Positions 35,486 to 45,625 of a stretch of 64,000 bases of DNA are shown one piece after another. This stretch comes from an uncultured Chloroflexia bacterium (GTDB lineage Bacteria; Chloroflexota; Limnocylindria; Limnocylindrales; CSP1-4): contig CAVQVT010000013.1 of assembly GCA_963717255.1 (NCBI GenBank), positions 96,760 to 160,759 on the forward strand, read 5' to 3'. A model generated the notes under the pieces. That model was given only the letters and a program-made list of their open reading frames with translations, did no database searches and was not told the DNA's origin. A program made the position numbers and the translations under genes. Position 1 is the stretch's first letter, and each line of letters opens with the position of its first letter.

Positions 35486-38458
35486 TCAGTCGGCCGCGTC
35501 GAGCCTCAGCGGGAGCCGGGTGATCCGGCGGCCTGTCGCGTGGGCGACGGCGTTCGCGATCGCGGGGGCGGCGACCATGTTCGAGCACTCGGCGACGCCC
35601 TTCGCCTGCTGTTCGGGCGACGCCCCGGGGTCGGCGACCAGGATCGTCGTCATCTCGGGGACGTCGCGTGTGCGCGGGATCCGGTACTCCCTGAAGCCGT
35701 GTGTCTCGCCGGGGACGAAGTCCTCGGTCAGGGCGAACCCCACGCCCATCGCGATCCCGCCCTCGATCTGGCCCGTGAGACCCTCGAGGAAGACGGGCCG
35801 TCCCACGTCGTGGGCCGCGACGACGCGGACGACGCGGACCGCGCCCGTGCGCGTGTCCACCTCGACCTCGGCCATCTGCGTTCCCGTCACGTACATGGCG
35901 TAGGGCTCACCGAGGCCCGATCGAGGGTCGAACCCGGGGAGGTCCACGTCGAAGAAGCCGTCGAACGAAGTCGCCCATCCTGCCTCGCGCCGGGCGCGCG
36001 CGATCTCGGCGAGCGAGACCGTGCCGACCGACGCGCCGAGGGCGCCGTCCCCGGCGCCCACGGGGTCGTCCTCGGCACCGCGGAATCCGCCCGCAGCACC
36101 GCCCGCATCCTCGCGCACCGCGACGTCGCCGTCGCGGATCTCGATCTCGCCGACCGGCCGGGCCAGCATGCCGGCCGCCGTCCCGAGGATCGCCTCCCGC
36201 AGGTCGGCGGCGGCGTTCCGCACCGCGTTGCCGACGAAGAACGTCACGCGGCTCCCCACCGTGGGGCCTGCGTCCGGACCCGTGCCGGTGTCGCCGAGGT
36301 GCGCGCTGACGCGATCGACCGGCACTCCGATCTCCTCGGCGGCGATCACGCGCACGACGGTGGCCGCGCCCTGGCCCAGGTCCATCGCGCCCGTCCGCAC
36401 GGCGATCGAGCCGTCGGGCAGGAGGTCGACCGCGGCCCGCCCGGGCCCGCGCCCCACCGTCGCGGCGGGGTCCATCCCGGGCATCGGGCCGCCGCCCCCG
36501 CCGCCGATCCCGTACCAGACCGAGGCGACGCCCACGCCCCGCCGGACCGCGGCGTCGCGCGTCGCGCCGGCATCCGCCTCGGCGGCCGCGTCCGAGGACG
36601 CCGCCGCGCCGGCGACGCCCGCGCCCGAGGACGCCGCCGCGCCGGCGACGCCCGCGCCCGCGCACCGTCCCAGCGCCTCGCGCCAGTGCGGCCGGATCGC
36701 CTCGATGGTGGCGGGATATGCGGGGTCTCGGTCGAGGACCTGGCCGGAGAGGAGGCGGTCGCCCTTGCGGAGGCGGTTCCGCTCGCGGAAGTCGAGCGGA
36801 TCCATCCCGATCCGCTCCGCGACCCGGTCCATGTGCGACTCGAGCGCATAGGCGGCCTGCGTGGTCCCGGGGCCGCGCATGGCGCCGCAGGTCGGGTTGT
36901 TCGTGAAGGCGACGCGGCCGTGCAGCTCCACGGCCGGCCAGCGGTATGGGCCGGCCGCCGACCCGAACGTCTTCACCATGATCCCCGGGCCGAACGAGGC
37001 GTACGCGCCCGTGTCGGCGAGCAGGTCGACCTCGAGTGCCGTGAGGTCGCCGTCGCGCGTCACGCCGGTGCGGACGCGGATCCGGAACGGGTGCCGCTTG
37101 GTGGACGAGACGAACGACTCCTGCCGGCCGTACACGATCCTCACCGGCCGGCCGGTGTGCCACGTCCCCAGGGCCGCGAGGCACTGGCACGTGATCTCCG
37201 TCTTCCCGCCGAACCCGCCGCCCACGACCGTGGTGGCGACGCGGACCCTCTCGACGGGCAGCCCGAGCGTCCGTGCGACCTCCGTCCGCTGGTAGTGGGC
37301 GTACTGGGTCGGCGTCCGCACGACGAGCGTGTCGCCCTCCCACGCGGCGAGCACCGCCTCCGGCTCCAGGTAGGCGTGCTCGTTCCACGTCGTCTCGTAC
37401 GTGCCTTCGACGACGACGTCGGCCCGAGCGAACCCGTCCGCGATGTCCCCGGCGCGGACACGGTTCTCCGCGACGAGGTTGCCGCCCGGGTGGATCGCCG
37501 GGGCCCCGTCGGCGAGCGCCTCCTCGGGATCGAAGAGGGCGCGGAGGGGGAGGTAGTCGACCTCGATCGCCCCCAGCGCCGCCTCGGCCTCCGCCCGCGA
37601 GGCCGCCACGACGAGCGCGACCGGGTCGCCCACCTTCCGGACGCGGGACTCCGCGAGGACCGGCTCGTCCTTGATCTTGCGGCCGTAGCTGTTGATGCCC
37701 GGGACGTCGGCCGCCGTGAGGACCGCCGCCACACCGGGCATCCCGCGCGCCCGTTCCGTGTCGATGCGCACGATGTCCGCGTGCGGGTGCGGGCTCCGCA
37801 GGATCGCGCCGTGGAGCATCCCCTCGGCGGTGAGGTCGGCGGCGTACATGGCGCGGCCGGTCGCCTTGTCCATCGCGTCGGCGCGGCGGACCCCGGGTGT
37901 TTCGGCGGGCGCCTCCCGGTCCAGGGACCCCACCTCGCCAGCAGGTACTGCTCCGCCCGCCGACGGCCACCGGCGCGGCGGGCCGTCGCGCCCGTCGGCC
38001 GCCCACTCGATCGCGTCCACGATCCCCTGGTAGCCCGTGCACCGGCACAGGTTGCTGCCGAGCCAGCGGGAGATCTCGTCGCGGGAGGGCCGGGGGTTCC
38101 TCTCCAGCAGCGCGGCCGCGGCCATGATCATCCCGGGCGTGCAGAAGCCGCATTGGACGGCGTCCGCCGCCACGAATGCCTCCTGGAGGCGGTGCGGCTG
38201 CTCGGTGGTCCCGAGCCCCTCGATCGTGAGGACCTCGCATCCCACCGCCTCGCCCGCGGTCATCCGGCACGCGCGGACCATCTTCCCGTCCACGGTGACG
38301 GTGCACGTCCCGCACGTCCCGTCATCACAGCCTTCCTTCGTCCCGGTCAGCGCCAGACCGTCGCGCAGGAGGTCCAGCAGTCGCCAGTGGGGAAGGACGT
38401 CGAGTCGGCGCGGGGCGCCGTTCACCACCAGGTCGACCGTCGCGGGCCGGGTCGTCAT
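35486..38458 (-). CDS. Xanthine-oxidase-family molybdoenzyme with fused 2x[2Fe-2S] domain (Mop/aldehyde oxidoreductase-like)
   Basis: GTKEGCDDGTCGTC, QCGFCTPG, NLCRCTGY, HAYLEPE, GGGFGGK, AMRGPG, GQIEGG, KGVAE. Confidence 0.9.
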   Translation of the reverse strand: MTTRPATVDLVVNGAPRRLDVLPHWRLLDLLRDGLALTGTKEGCDDGTCGTCTVTVDGKMVRACRMTAGEAVGCEVLTIEGLGTTEQPHRLQEAFVAADAVQCGFCTPGMIMAAAALLERNPRPSRDEISRWLGSNLCRCTGYQGIVDAIEWAADGRDGPPRRWPSAGGAVPAGEVGSLDREAPAETPGVRRADAMDKATGRAMYAADLTAEGMLHGAILRSPHPHADIVRIDTERARGMPGVAAVLTAADVPGINSYGRKIKDEPVLAESRVRKVGDPVALVVAASRAEAEAALGAIEVDYLPLRALFDPEEALADGAPAIHPGGNLVAENRVRAGDIADGFARADVVVEGTYETTWNEHAYLEPEAVLAAWEGDTLVVRTPTQYAHYQRTEVARTLGLPVERVRVATTVVGGGFGGKTEITCQCLAALGTWHTGRPVRIVYGRQESFVSSTKRHPFRIRVRTGVTRDGDLTALEVDLLADTGAYASFGPGIMVKTFGSAAGPYRWPAVELHGRVAFTNNPTCGAMRGPGTTQAAYALESHMDRVAERIGMDPLDFRERNRLRKGDRLLSGQVLDRDPAYPATIEAIRPHWREALGRCAGAGVAGAAASSGAGVAGAAASSDAAAEADAGATRDAAVRRGVGVASVWYGIGGGGGGPMPGMDPAATVGRGPGRAAVDLLPDGSIAVRTGAMDLGQGAATVVRVIAAEEIGVPVDRVSAHLGDTGTGPDAGPTVGSRVTFFVGNAVRNAAADLREAILGTAAGMLARPVGEIEIRDGDVAVREDAGGAAGGFRGAEDDPVGAGDGALGASVGTVSLAEIARARREAGWATSFDGFFDVDLPGFDPRSGLGEPYAMYVTGTQMAEVEVDTRTGAVRVVRVVAAHDVGRPVFLEGLTGQIEGGIAMGVGFALTEDFVPGETHGFREYRIPRTRDVPEMTTILVADPGASPEQQAKGVAECSNMVAAPAIANAVAHATGRRITRLPLRLDAAD

Positions 38459-38533
38459 GCCGCCCATTCTGAGGCGACCGGCGGGCCGGGTGCAGCGTCG
38501 CCCGCGCGTGCCGGGGCTCAGCCGTCGCCCGCG

Positions 38534-39445
38534 TCACGCCTCCGCGCCCGCGCCCTCCGTCACCTCGATGGCGGCCGCCTCCGCCTCCGGCGTCTCCGGC
38601 CGGCGGGTCGCCAGGGTCGAGCCCGCGATCGCCAGCGCGAAGCCGGCGAACATCGCCGGCGTCAGCGTCTCCGCCAGGACCACCACGCCGAGCACCGCCG
38701 CGACCGCGGGGTTCACGTACGTGATCACAGTCGCCCGCACGGGCCCGACCTCGTGGATGAGCGCCGCGAACAGCAGGAACGCGGCCGCAGTGCAGACGAC
38801 GGCGAGGATCCCGATCGACGCGAGCGCCTCCCGGCTCGGCGTCGTCGCGGGCCACCCCACGGCCGCGACCGGCGCGTACAGGAGCGCGGTCAGCGTGAGC
38901 GCGAGCGCCATGATCCCCAGCGACGACACGCCCACGAGCCGGCGCGAGAGGATGAACGGGCCGACGGCATAGCAGACGACGACGACCCCGACCTGGAGGA
39001 TCGCCACGGCGTTCTCCGCGGTGAAGTCGCCGCCCGCGATCGCCGCCACGCCCGCGAACCCGATGAGCAGGCCGACGAGCTGGCGCCGACCCACGCGATC
39101 CGGCCCGCCGACGATCGCCGCGATGGCGGCGCCCACAAGGGGGACACCGGCGATGAGGAGGCCGGCGAGCGAGCTGGACAGGCTCTGCTCGGCGGAACCG
39201 AGCAACACCCACGGGAGCGCGATCTCGATCAGCGCGAACGCGACCACCCACGGCCAGTGGCGAAGGACCGGTCGCAGGTCCACGCGGAGGAGCGCGACGG
39301 GCAGGAGGATCGCGGCCGCAAGACCGGTGCGCGCGAAGACGAGCACCGGCGGGCTGACCTCGGCGACGGCCACGCGGATCAGCAGGTAGGGGATGCCCCA
39401 CACGACGGACATGGCGGCGAAGAGCAGGAGCCCGCGGCGACTCAT
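38534..39445 (-). CDS. EamA/DMT-family transporter
   Basis: WGIPYLLIRVA, about 10 TMs, GPVRATVITYVNPAVA. Confidence 0.9.
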   Translation of the reverse strand: MSRRGLLLFAAMSVVWGIPYLLIRVAVAEVSPPVLVFARTGLAAAILLPVALLRVDLRPVLRHWPWVVAFALIEIALPWVLLGSAEQSLSSSLAGLLIAGVPLVGAAIAAIVGGPDRVGRRQLVGLLIGFAGVAAIAGGDFTAENAVAILQVGVVVVCYAVGPFILSRRLVGVSSLGIMALALTLTALLYAPVAAVGWPATTPSREALASIGILAVVCTAAAFLLFAALIHEVGPVRATVITYVNPAVAAVLGVVVLAETLTPAMFAGFALAIAGSTLATRRPETPEAEAAAIEVTEGAGAEA

Positions 39446-39639
39446 CCCCCCGGACTCGAGTGATGGCGCACCGCGGGATGATGGCAGACGGAGGTCCGGC
39501 CCGGCGCTCCGAGCACGGCGGAGCCTCGTCGGCGGCCGGTCCCGGCACGGCCGACGGGTCTCCCGCACGCTCGCGCCCGATCGCACGTACGCTTGTCATC
39601 TCGGCCCGATTGTCGGGACGACCCCCGGATAGAGGGACG

Positions 39640-39897
39640 ATGACGAAACACTCGAAGCACGAGCGTGAGCAGCGAGCCGCCGAGTCGGCGCGGGTCGCAG
39701 AGATCGAGCGAGCCTGGGAGGCGAGCATCCCGGCGCACGTCGCCGCCGAGTTCGCCCTCTCGGTCCAGCGGGCGCGGGAGCGCGGCCCCTGGGAGCGCCC
39801 GCCCGACATGGCCCCGGGCACCAGGCCCAACCCGCCGCGCCCCGGTCGCGAGCCGAAGGTGAAGAAGGACGACGCGGCTCCGCGTCGGCGGTACTAG
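39640..39897 (+). CDS. Small charged hypothetical protein
   Basis: GAGGG RBS before ATG; helical N-terminus; MAPGT.PNPPRPGREP motif. Confidence 0.65.
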   Translation: MTKHSKHEREQRAAESARVAEIERAWEASIPAHVAAEFALSVQRARERGPWERPPDMAPGTRPNPPRPGREPKVKKDDAAPRRRY

Positions 39898-39901
39898 GAC
39901 C

Positions 39902-40252
39902 GTGCGCAAGCGCAAGGTGACCTACCCGCCGCCGAAGACCGCCACGAAGGGGGCACCGCCCGCGCCCGGTGCCTTCGACCCACGGAACCCGCCCGGTCGC
40001 ACCGTGTCGATCAACCTCCTGGCCGCGACCGGTCGCGCTTCGATCGTGCCGGGGGTCCGCGTGCGCATCCTCAGCGGCCTGTACGCGGGCGAGATCGCGG
40101 TCGTCGAGTCGGTCGCGAGCGGCGTCATCCCGGCGGCCCAGGTCCGGACCGAGGCCGGCACCACTCGACGCTGCAGGACGATCGACCTCGAGCCGGTCCG
40201 GCAGGGGGACGGCGCCGACGGCCCGGCCGCGGGCGAGGTGCTCGGCGCCTGA
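39902..40252 (+). CDS. KOW/SH3-like small protein
   Basis: PGVRVRILSGLYAGEIAVV fits a KOW motif; basic N-terminus. Confidence 0.6.
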   Translation: MRKRKVTYPPPKTATKGAPPAPGAFDPRNPPGRTVSINLLAATGRASIVPGVRVRILSGLYAGEIAVVESVASGVIPAAQVRTEAGTTRRCRTIDLEPVRQGDGADGPAAGEVLGA

Positions 40253-40335
40253 CCTTCGGCGGCGGGCCGACGTCGGGTCGGCCCGCAGCGCCTCACCGAC
40301 GCCGGCGACCGGGTCGGGCGCGGCGGGCGACCGCC

Positions 40336-41595
40336 TCAGTCGAACCGGAGCCGGCGGCTGGCGAGCGCGAAGAAGGCCCCGGCGAACAGCAGCAGGATCC
40401 CGACCTGCGCGAGCACGGTCTGCGGCGTCCCCTCGCCGGACATGACCAGCCGGAACCCCTCCGCGGCGTGCATGTGCGGGAGGAACGTCCCGATCGTGCC
40501 GATGGCGCCGCCCGCCAGGTACGTGGGCTCGAAGCCGCCCATCGGGAAGATCCCGCTGATGAACGGCAGCACGAACGCCACCAGGGTGCCGACGATGTCG
40601 GCCTGCCTGCCCGTGCGGGTGACCACGCCCAGAAGCAGCCCGAACGTGGCGACCGCCAGGCCCAGCGCCAGCGACACGGCCAGCAGGCCCGCGAGCGAAT
40701 CGCCGAGCTCGAGCTTGAACAGGCCGGCACCGATCGCGAACAGGAACACGACCTGCAGCACGACGACGATCGTGTACGCGATCATCGGGCCGGCGACGAT
40801 CGACGCGTGGCTCAGCGGTGACGCCAGCAGCCGGCGGAACGTGCCCTCGTCGCGCTCCTTGTGGAACGTCTGGCCGATGTGGCCCGTGAGGAAGAACGCG
40901 AACATCACGGCGAACGCGGGCATGAACGAGTCCATGAGGTTGACCGGCTCCCCGGAGGTGGTCGGGCCCTCGGCGACCACCCGGATCGGCGGATCGTCCT
41001 GCATCTCCTGGAGCTGGGCCATGATCGCCCCGACCGTCTGCGCCTCCACCGCCGCCTTCACCTCGGGCGGCGCGCTCGCGAGGACACCCGCCTGCTCGAT
41101 GAAGCGCCTGGTCCCCTCGGCCAGCTCGCCCTGGGTGGAGGCCGGCGTGACGGCGAAGTTCGCGAGGCCCACGACCACGTCGGCGAGCGCCTGCTGGGCC
41201 GGATCGACGACGACGTCGAGATGCGTCGGCTGGTAGGCGTCGATCCCGGCGCTGAACCCGGCCGGGATGACGATCGCCGCCACCCGCTCGCCCCTGCCGA
41301 TCCGCTCATTCGCTTCCGCCGCCGATCCGAGCTCCTCGACGCGGAGGATCCCCATCTGCCGGAACGTCTCGGCGACCTGGGCGCCGTAGGGACCGTCGTC
41401 CTCGTCGACCAGGAACACCTCCACGGTGAGAGCGGTCGCCCCCGTCGCGAGGTCCGCGGCGCCCTGCTGGGAGAGGCTGAAGAGCGACGCGAAGACCAGG
41501 GGCAGCAGGAACAGGATCGCGAGCAGGCCGCGATCCCTGAACGTGACCTGGAGCTCCTTCCAGGTGATGGCGAGCGTCGGTCGGATCACGGACAT
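40336..41595 (-). CDS. ABC-2 exporter permease
   Basis: WKEL...RDR, VDEDDG, ERDEGTFRRLLASP, C-terminal TMs. Confidence 0.9.
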   Translation of the reverse strand: MSVIRPTLAITWKELQVTFRDRGLLAILFLLPLVFASLFSLSQQGAADLATGATALTVEVFLVDEDDGPYGAQVAETFRQMGILRVEELGSAAEANERIGRGERVAAIVIPAGFSAGIDAYQPTHLDVVVDPAQQALADVVVGLANFAVTPASTQGELAEGTRRFIEQAGVLASAPPEVKAAVEAQTVGAIMAQLQEMQDDPPIRVVAEGPTTSGEPVNLMDSFMPAFAVMFAFFLTGHIGQTFHKERDEGTFRRLLASPLSHASIVAGPMIAYTIVVVLQVVFLFAIGAGLFKLELGDSLAGLLAVSLALGLAVATFGLLLGVVTRTGRQADIVGTLVAFVLPFISGIFPMGGFEPTYLAGGAIGTIGTFLPHMHAAEGFRLVMSGEGTPQTVLAQVGILLLFAGAFFALASRRLRFD

Positions 41596-41608
41596 CGTCG
41601 GCGCTCCC

Positions 41609-42895
41609 TCAGTCGAACTCGAAGCGCCGGGCGCCGATGACGAAGAACACCACCGAGAACCCCAGCAGGACGGCGATCGAGTCGAGGACCGAAGCGAGTC
41701 CCTGGCCCCGGGTCAGCAGGTCGTAGAAGCCGGTCACCGCCCAGTAGTGGGGGGTGACCTGGCCGATCGTCGCCATGCTCTCGTTGATCAGGAACAGGGG
41801 GATGAAGCAGCCGCCGAGGAACGCGAGCACCCACAGCACGAGGCCGGCGATCCCCCCGATCTGGGCCTCGGTCCGCGCGATCGACGCGATCAGGATGCCC
41901 AGCGTCGTGCAGCAGAGGGCCACCGAGAGCACGAGGAGGACGAGCGCCGGGACGTCGTTCCCCAGCCTGAGCGCGTCGAGGCCCATGAGCGGAAGCAGGA
42001 ACATGCCGGCCGCGAAGAGGAACACCACCTGCAGCAGGACGATCACGAAGTTGGGGATCAGCTTCCCGATGAGCATCGACCGACGGCTCAGGGGCGACGC
42101 GAGCAGCCGGCGCAAGGTGCCCGTCTTCTTCTCGTCGAAGATCGACCGGGCCGTGACCTGGGCCGTGAGGAAGATGAACAGCACGGCGAACCCGGGGACT
42201 CCGAGCTGCACGCCGGAGATCTCCACCGGTTCGTTCTCGTCGGCGACGGCGGCGGGCTGCGTCTCGACGACCGTCACGAGGGGCCGTCCGCGCGACTCCT
42301 CGAACTGGCGACGGGCGATGGGGATCGCCAGCCGGGCAGAGGTCGCCGGGTCGAACGACGCGTTCGCGCGCTGCATCTCGGCCAGTCGCTCCAGGCTGGC
42401 CACGATCTGCCGCTCGAGGGACATGCTCCCGGTCACGCCCTGGACCGCCATCAGGACCGCCTGGCTCTGGCTGGGGTCGAGCGACGTGCTCAGGAGCCGC
42501 AGCGTCACCGGCCGGCCGGCGTCGAGGTCGGCGGTGAAGCCCGCCGGGACGATCAGCAGCCGCTGGACCTCCTTCGCGTCCAGCTTCGCCACGGCCTCGG
42601 CCTCGGAGTAGGCGCGACCGTCGGTGTCGCGGTAGACGGCAGCGTCGAGGCCGCCCTCCGCCGCGATGCCCGCGATGAGCGCCGTGGCGGCGGCGCCGTC
42701 CGCGTCGAGGTTCACGACCGCCAGGGGCACCCGCGCCGCGTCGCCGCCTCCGCCGCTGCCCCCGCCACCCCCGGTCGCGGCCCCGGCGACGCCCAGGTAC
42801 ACGACGATGAACACGATCGGCAGCAGGAACGCGCCGACCAGGGCGTTGCGATCCTTGGCCAGGATCAGCAGGTCCTTCCACGCGATGCTCAGCAT
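41609..42895 (-). CDS. ABC-2 exporter permease
   Basis: IAWKDL, EKKTGTLRRLLASP, TPHYWA. Confidence 0.9.
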   Translation of the reverse strand: MLSIAWKDLLILAKDRNALVGAFLLPIVFIVVYLGVAGAATGGGGGSGGGGDAARVPLAVVNLDADGAAATALIAGIAAEGGLDAAVYRDTDGRAYSEAEAVAKLDAKEVQRLLIVPAGFTADLDAGRPVTLRLLSTSLDPSQSQAVLMAVQGVTGSMSLERQIVASLERLAEMQRANASFDPATSARLAIPIARRQFEESRGRPLVTVVETQPAAVADENEPVEISGVQLGVPGFAVLFIFLTAQVTARSIFDEKKTGTLRRLLASPLSRRSMLIGKLIPNFVIVLLQVVFLFAAGMFLLPLMGLDALRLGNDVPALVLLVLSVALCCTTLGILIASIARTEAQIGGIAGLVLWVLAFLGGCFIPLFLINESMATIGQVTPHYWAVTGFYDLLTRGQGLASVLDSIAVLLGFSVVFFVIGARRFEFD

Positions 42896-42923
42896 GGCAG
42901 TCGTCCCGCCCGGTCCGCGCTCG

Positions 42924-43934
42924 CTACTCGCGCAGCTTCTTGCCCGTGAGGTGGAGGAAGACGCTCTCCAGGTTCGGCTCGAAGATCTCGATCGACGTGA
43001 AGCCGACGTCCCGCTCGTTGAGGTAGCTCATCACCTGGACCAGGGCGTCCTGGCTTCGCCTCGTCTCGATCTTGATCAGCATGCCCGCGGACCGGACCTC
43101 GCCCGGCGGGACGGACCCCTGGTCGTCGGGCTGGGCGCTCGCCGCTGCGGGGGGCGCCACCACGGTGACTCCGGTGACGGCGGGCAGGTCCCGGATGGCC
43201 GCCAGCATCGCGTCGTCGACCCGCTCGAGGCCGAGCTGGATCACGCCGCCGCCGAGCATGCCGATCAGGTTCCGGATCGTGTCGAGCGCGATGATCCGGC
43301 CCTCGTCGACGATGGCGACGCGGCTGCACAGAAGCTCGACCTCTTCCATGTAGTGGCTGGTGTAGATGATGCTCATCCGCCGCTCGCGGTTGAGCCGCAG
43401 GACGCTCTCGAAGATGTGGTTCCGGCTCTGCGGGTCCACGCCCACCGTGGGCTCGTCCAGGAAGAGGAGCCGCGGCTGGTGGACGAGCCCGGCCGCGATG
43501 TTCACGCGGCGCTTCATGCCGCCGGAGTACTTCTCGATCGGCTCGTTGGCCCGGTCGGTCAACGCGACGATCTCCAGCACGTCGTCCACACGATCCCGCA
43601 GCTCCCGGCCCTTGAGGCCGTAGATGCGCCCGAAGAACTGCAGGTTGGCCCGCGCGCTGAGCGTCGGGTACAGGGCGAGGTCCTGGGGGACCAGGCCCTC
43701 GAGCCGCTTCACCTCGGTCGGTTCCGTCAGCAGGTCGTGGCCGCCGATGCGCGCCGTGCCCGACGTCGGCTCGAGCACCCCGGTGAGCATCGAGATCGTC
43801 GTCGTCTTGCCGGCCCCGTTGGGTCCCAGCAGGCCGAAGATCTCGCCTTCCTCGACCTGGAAGCTGATGCCCCCGACGGCCACCTGCTCGCCGTACTTCT
43901 TGACCAGGTCGTCGGCTTCGAGGATCGCCGGCAT
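42924..43934 (-). CDS. ABC exporter ATP-binding protein
   Basis: GPNGAGKTT, YSGGMKRR, LDEPTVGVDPQSR, PNLESVFL.LTG. Confidence 0.95.
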   Translation of the reverse strand: MPAILEADDLVKKYGEQVAVGGISFQVEEGEIFGLLGPNGAGKTTTISMLTGVLEPTSGTARIGGHDLLTEPTEVKRLEGLVPQDLALYPTLSARANLQFFGRIYGLKGRELRDRVDDVLEIVALTDRANEPIEKYSGGMKRRVNIAAGLVHQPRLLFLDEPTVGVDPQSRNHIFESVLRLNRERRMSIIYTSHYMEEVELLCSRVAIVDEGRIIALDTIRNLIGMLGGGVIQLGLERVDDAMLAAIRDLPAVTGVTVVAPPAAASAQPDDQGSVPPGEVRSAGMLIKIETRRSQDALVQVMSYLNERDVGFTSIEIFEPNLESVFLHLTGKKLRE

Positions 43935-44007
43935 CGTCGTCCTCCCCGGGTCGATCGAGCCGCATCCGAGGTCGGTTCGAGCGACCTCTCGCCGGCGAGT
44001 CCCTCCG

Positions 44008-44035
44008 GTCACGGAGACGGCGCGGTCTCCGTGAC
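44008..44035. promoter_or_regulatory. Perfect 11-bp inverted repeat (operator or terminator) upstream of the ABC operon
   Basis: gtcacggagac-N6-gtctccgtgac. Confidence 0.5.
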
Positions 44036-44120
44036 GACCCGACCGGCGCCCGGCGCCCCCTGCGCCGTCTGTGCCGACGGTGTGCCGGACCGGGTCTCGG
44101 CGGTAGGGGCGTTTGTCACT

Positions 44121-45080
44121 TCAGACGCTCGACGGGCACCCGGACTCGTCGGGCAGGAGAGGGCGCGCCACGATCTGGTACAGGTGGTCTCCGACCCGCC
44201 ACCGCGTGTCCTGCGTGGCGGTGTCGAGACCGAGCGCCGCCACCTGGTCCGGCCCGGCGACCGCGCAGTACCAGGCTTCCCCGTGCGTGCCCACGGCCGC
44301 GCCGAAGGACTCCGGCCCGGCGTCGAGCGGCCAGTCCCGGACCTCCTGGTCGTCCCGCGGCTTGACAGGGGCGGGCGTCGCGCCGCCGACGGCCGTCGAC
44401 CAGTCGAGGAGCGGGGTCACGAAGACGCGGGTCTCGGCCGGCGCGTACGCCGAGTCGGTCCCGACCGCGCCGGCCGGCAGCCAGGCACGAAGGTCCACGA
44501 GCCGCCCGTAGAGAGCGTCGAGCTTCCTTCGCGCCTCCATCTCCCCGGGCGGCGCGAGGCTGACCTCGTCCTCGAAGCCGAGGGCGTAGGCGGCGACGCG
44601 GTGCGTGCTGCCGCCGGTGGTCGCCGTGAACCACACGGTCCAGAGGTCGTAGACGTCGGGCAACGCGTACCGCCGGTCCGGTCCCGGCCCCAGCACGCCC
44701 GCCTCGCGGGCGGTCTCGAGGATGTGGGCCATCCCGTCAGGGGTGACGCGTGTCTCGGTGAGTCCCGGCAGCAGCGGATCCTCGGGCCCGCCGCCGTGCG
44801 AGCCGAGCGTGACGACCCGCCCGTCGCCGTAGATCGACACGTTCGGCATCTCGGCGAGGCGCATGCTCTGCGGCAACAGGCCCCCGCCCGAGGTCGCCTG
44901 GAGCACGAGGTCCGTCGGGCCGGTCGCGTACGTGATCGGGCCTGTGTCCGCCGGGGTCGCCCCCGGGCCCGTGTCCGCGGGCGTCGCCCCCGGGCCGGGA
45001 CTCCCGCCGACGGTGCATCCCGCGAGCAGCATGACCAGCGCGACGACCGCGGTCGTCGTTGTGCCCCGCAGCCTTCTCAT
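44121..45080 (-). CDS. Hypothetical lipoprotein
   Basis: Lipobox LAGC; GPGATPADT x2; GGGL.P...P.VSIYGDGRV; RPLLPDE.GC. Confidence 0.8.
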   Translation of the reverse strand: MRRLRGTTTTAVVALVMLLAGCTVGGSPGPGATPADTGPGATPADTGPITYATGPTDLVLQATSGGGLLPQSMRLAEMPNVSIYGDGRVVTLGSHGGGPEDPLLPGLTETRVTPDGMAHILETAREAGVLGPGPDRRYALPDVYDLWTVWFTATTGGSTHRVAAYALGFEDEVSLAPPGEMEARRKLDALYGRLVDLRAWLPAGAVGTDSAYAPAETRVFVTPLLDWSTAVGGATPAPVKPRDDQEVRDWPLDAGPESFGAAVGTHGEAWYCAVAGPDQVAALGLDTATQDTRWRVGDHLYQIVARPLLPDESGCPSSV

Positions 45081-45297
45081 GGCAGGAAGACCGTATGTCG
45101 CAACCGTCGGCCCGGGTAGTGCCACGCTGCCCGATCCCGGCCCGCCGTGGGACGTGGACGCAGGGCCGCGGGCAGGGCCGCCGAGGCCTCCGTGCGCCAC
45201 GAGCCCACCCCGGGTCGCCGGAGGTGGGTAGACTCGAGACGCGGCGAACGCCACGGCGTCCCGGCGATGATCGCCACCTGGTCCGGAGGGAAGGCAC

Positions 45298-45594
45298 ATG
45301 CGGTCGGGACGCGTCATGGGTGTCGGAGTGGTCATCGCGGCGGTGCTGGTCGTCGGCTGCGGCGGAGGGAACGTCGAGGCAGCGAAGGTCGCCGCCTCGG
45401 TCAAGTCCGAGTTCGAGGCGCAGACGAAGAACGTCCTCGCCGAGATCACCTGCAACGACGGCGCGGCCGTGAGCGTCGGGTCGACGATCCAGTGCCAGGG
45501 GACGGGCGAGAACGGGCACGGGTACGCGTTCGAGGTCAAGCTCAAGGACGCGAACGGGGCCGTGGCCTGGTCGTCGACCGACCTCAATCCCTGA
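45298..45594 (+). CDS. Small lipoprotein (DUF4333-like)
   Basis: VVGC lipobox; ITC...VGSTIQC motif. Confidence 0.7.
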   Translation: MRSGRVMGVGVVIAAVLVVGCGGGNVEAAKVAASVKSEFEAQTKNVLAEITCNDGAAVSVGSTIQCQGTGENGHGYAFEVKLKDANGAVAWSSTDLNP

Positions 45595-45625
45595 GGCGGA
45601 CCCGTCGGACACACGAGGCGAACGC

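Noticed and set aside
45140-45240. c-di-GMP-I-like GGACGCAGGGCC segment
   Set aside because: No GGCAAA P1/P2 junction or tetraloop-receptor pairing could be built.
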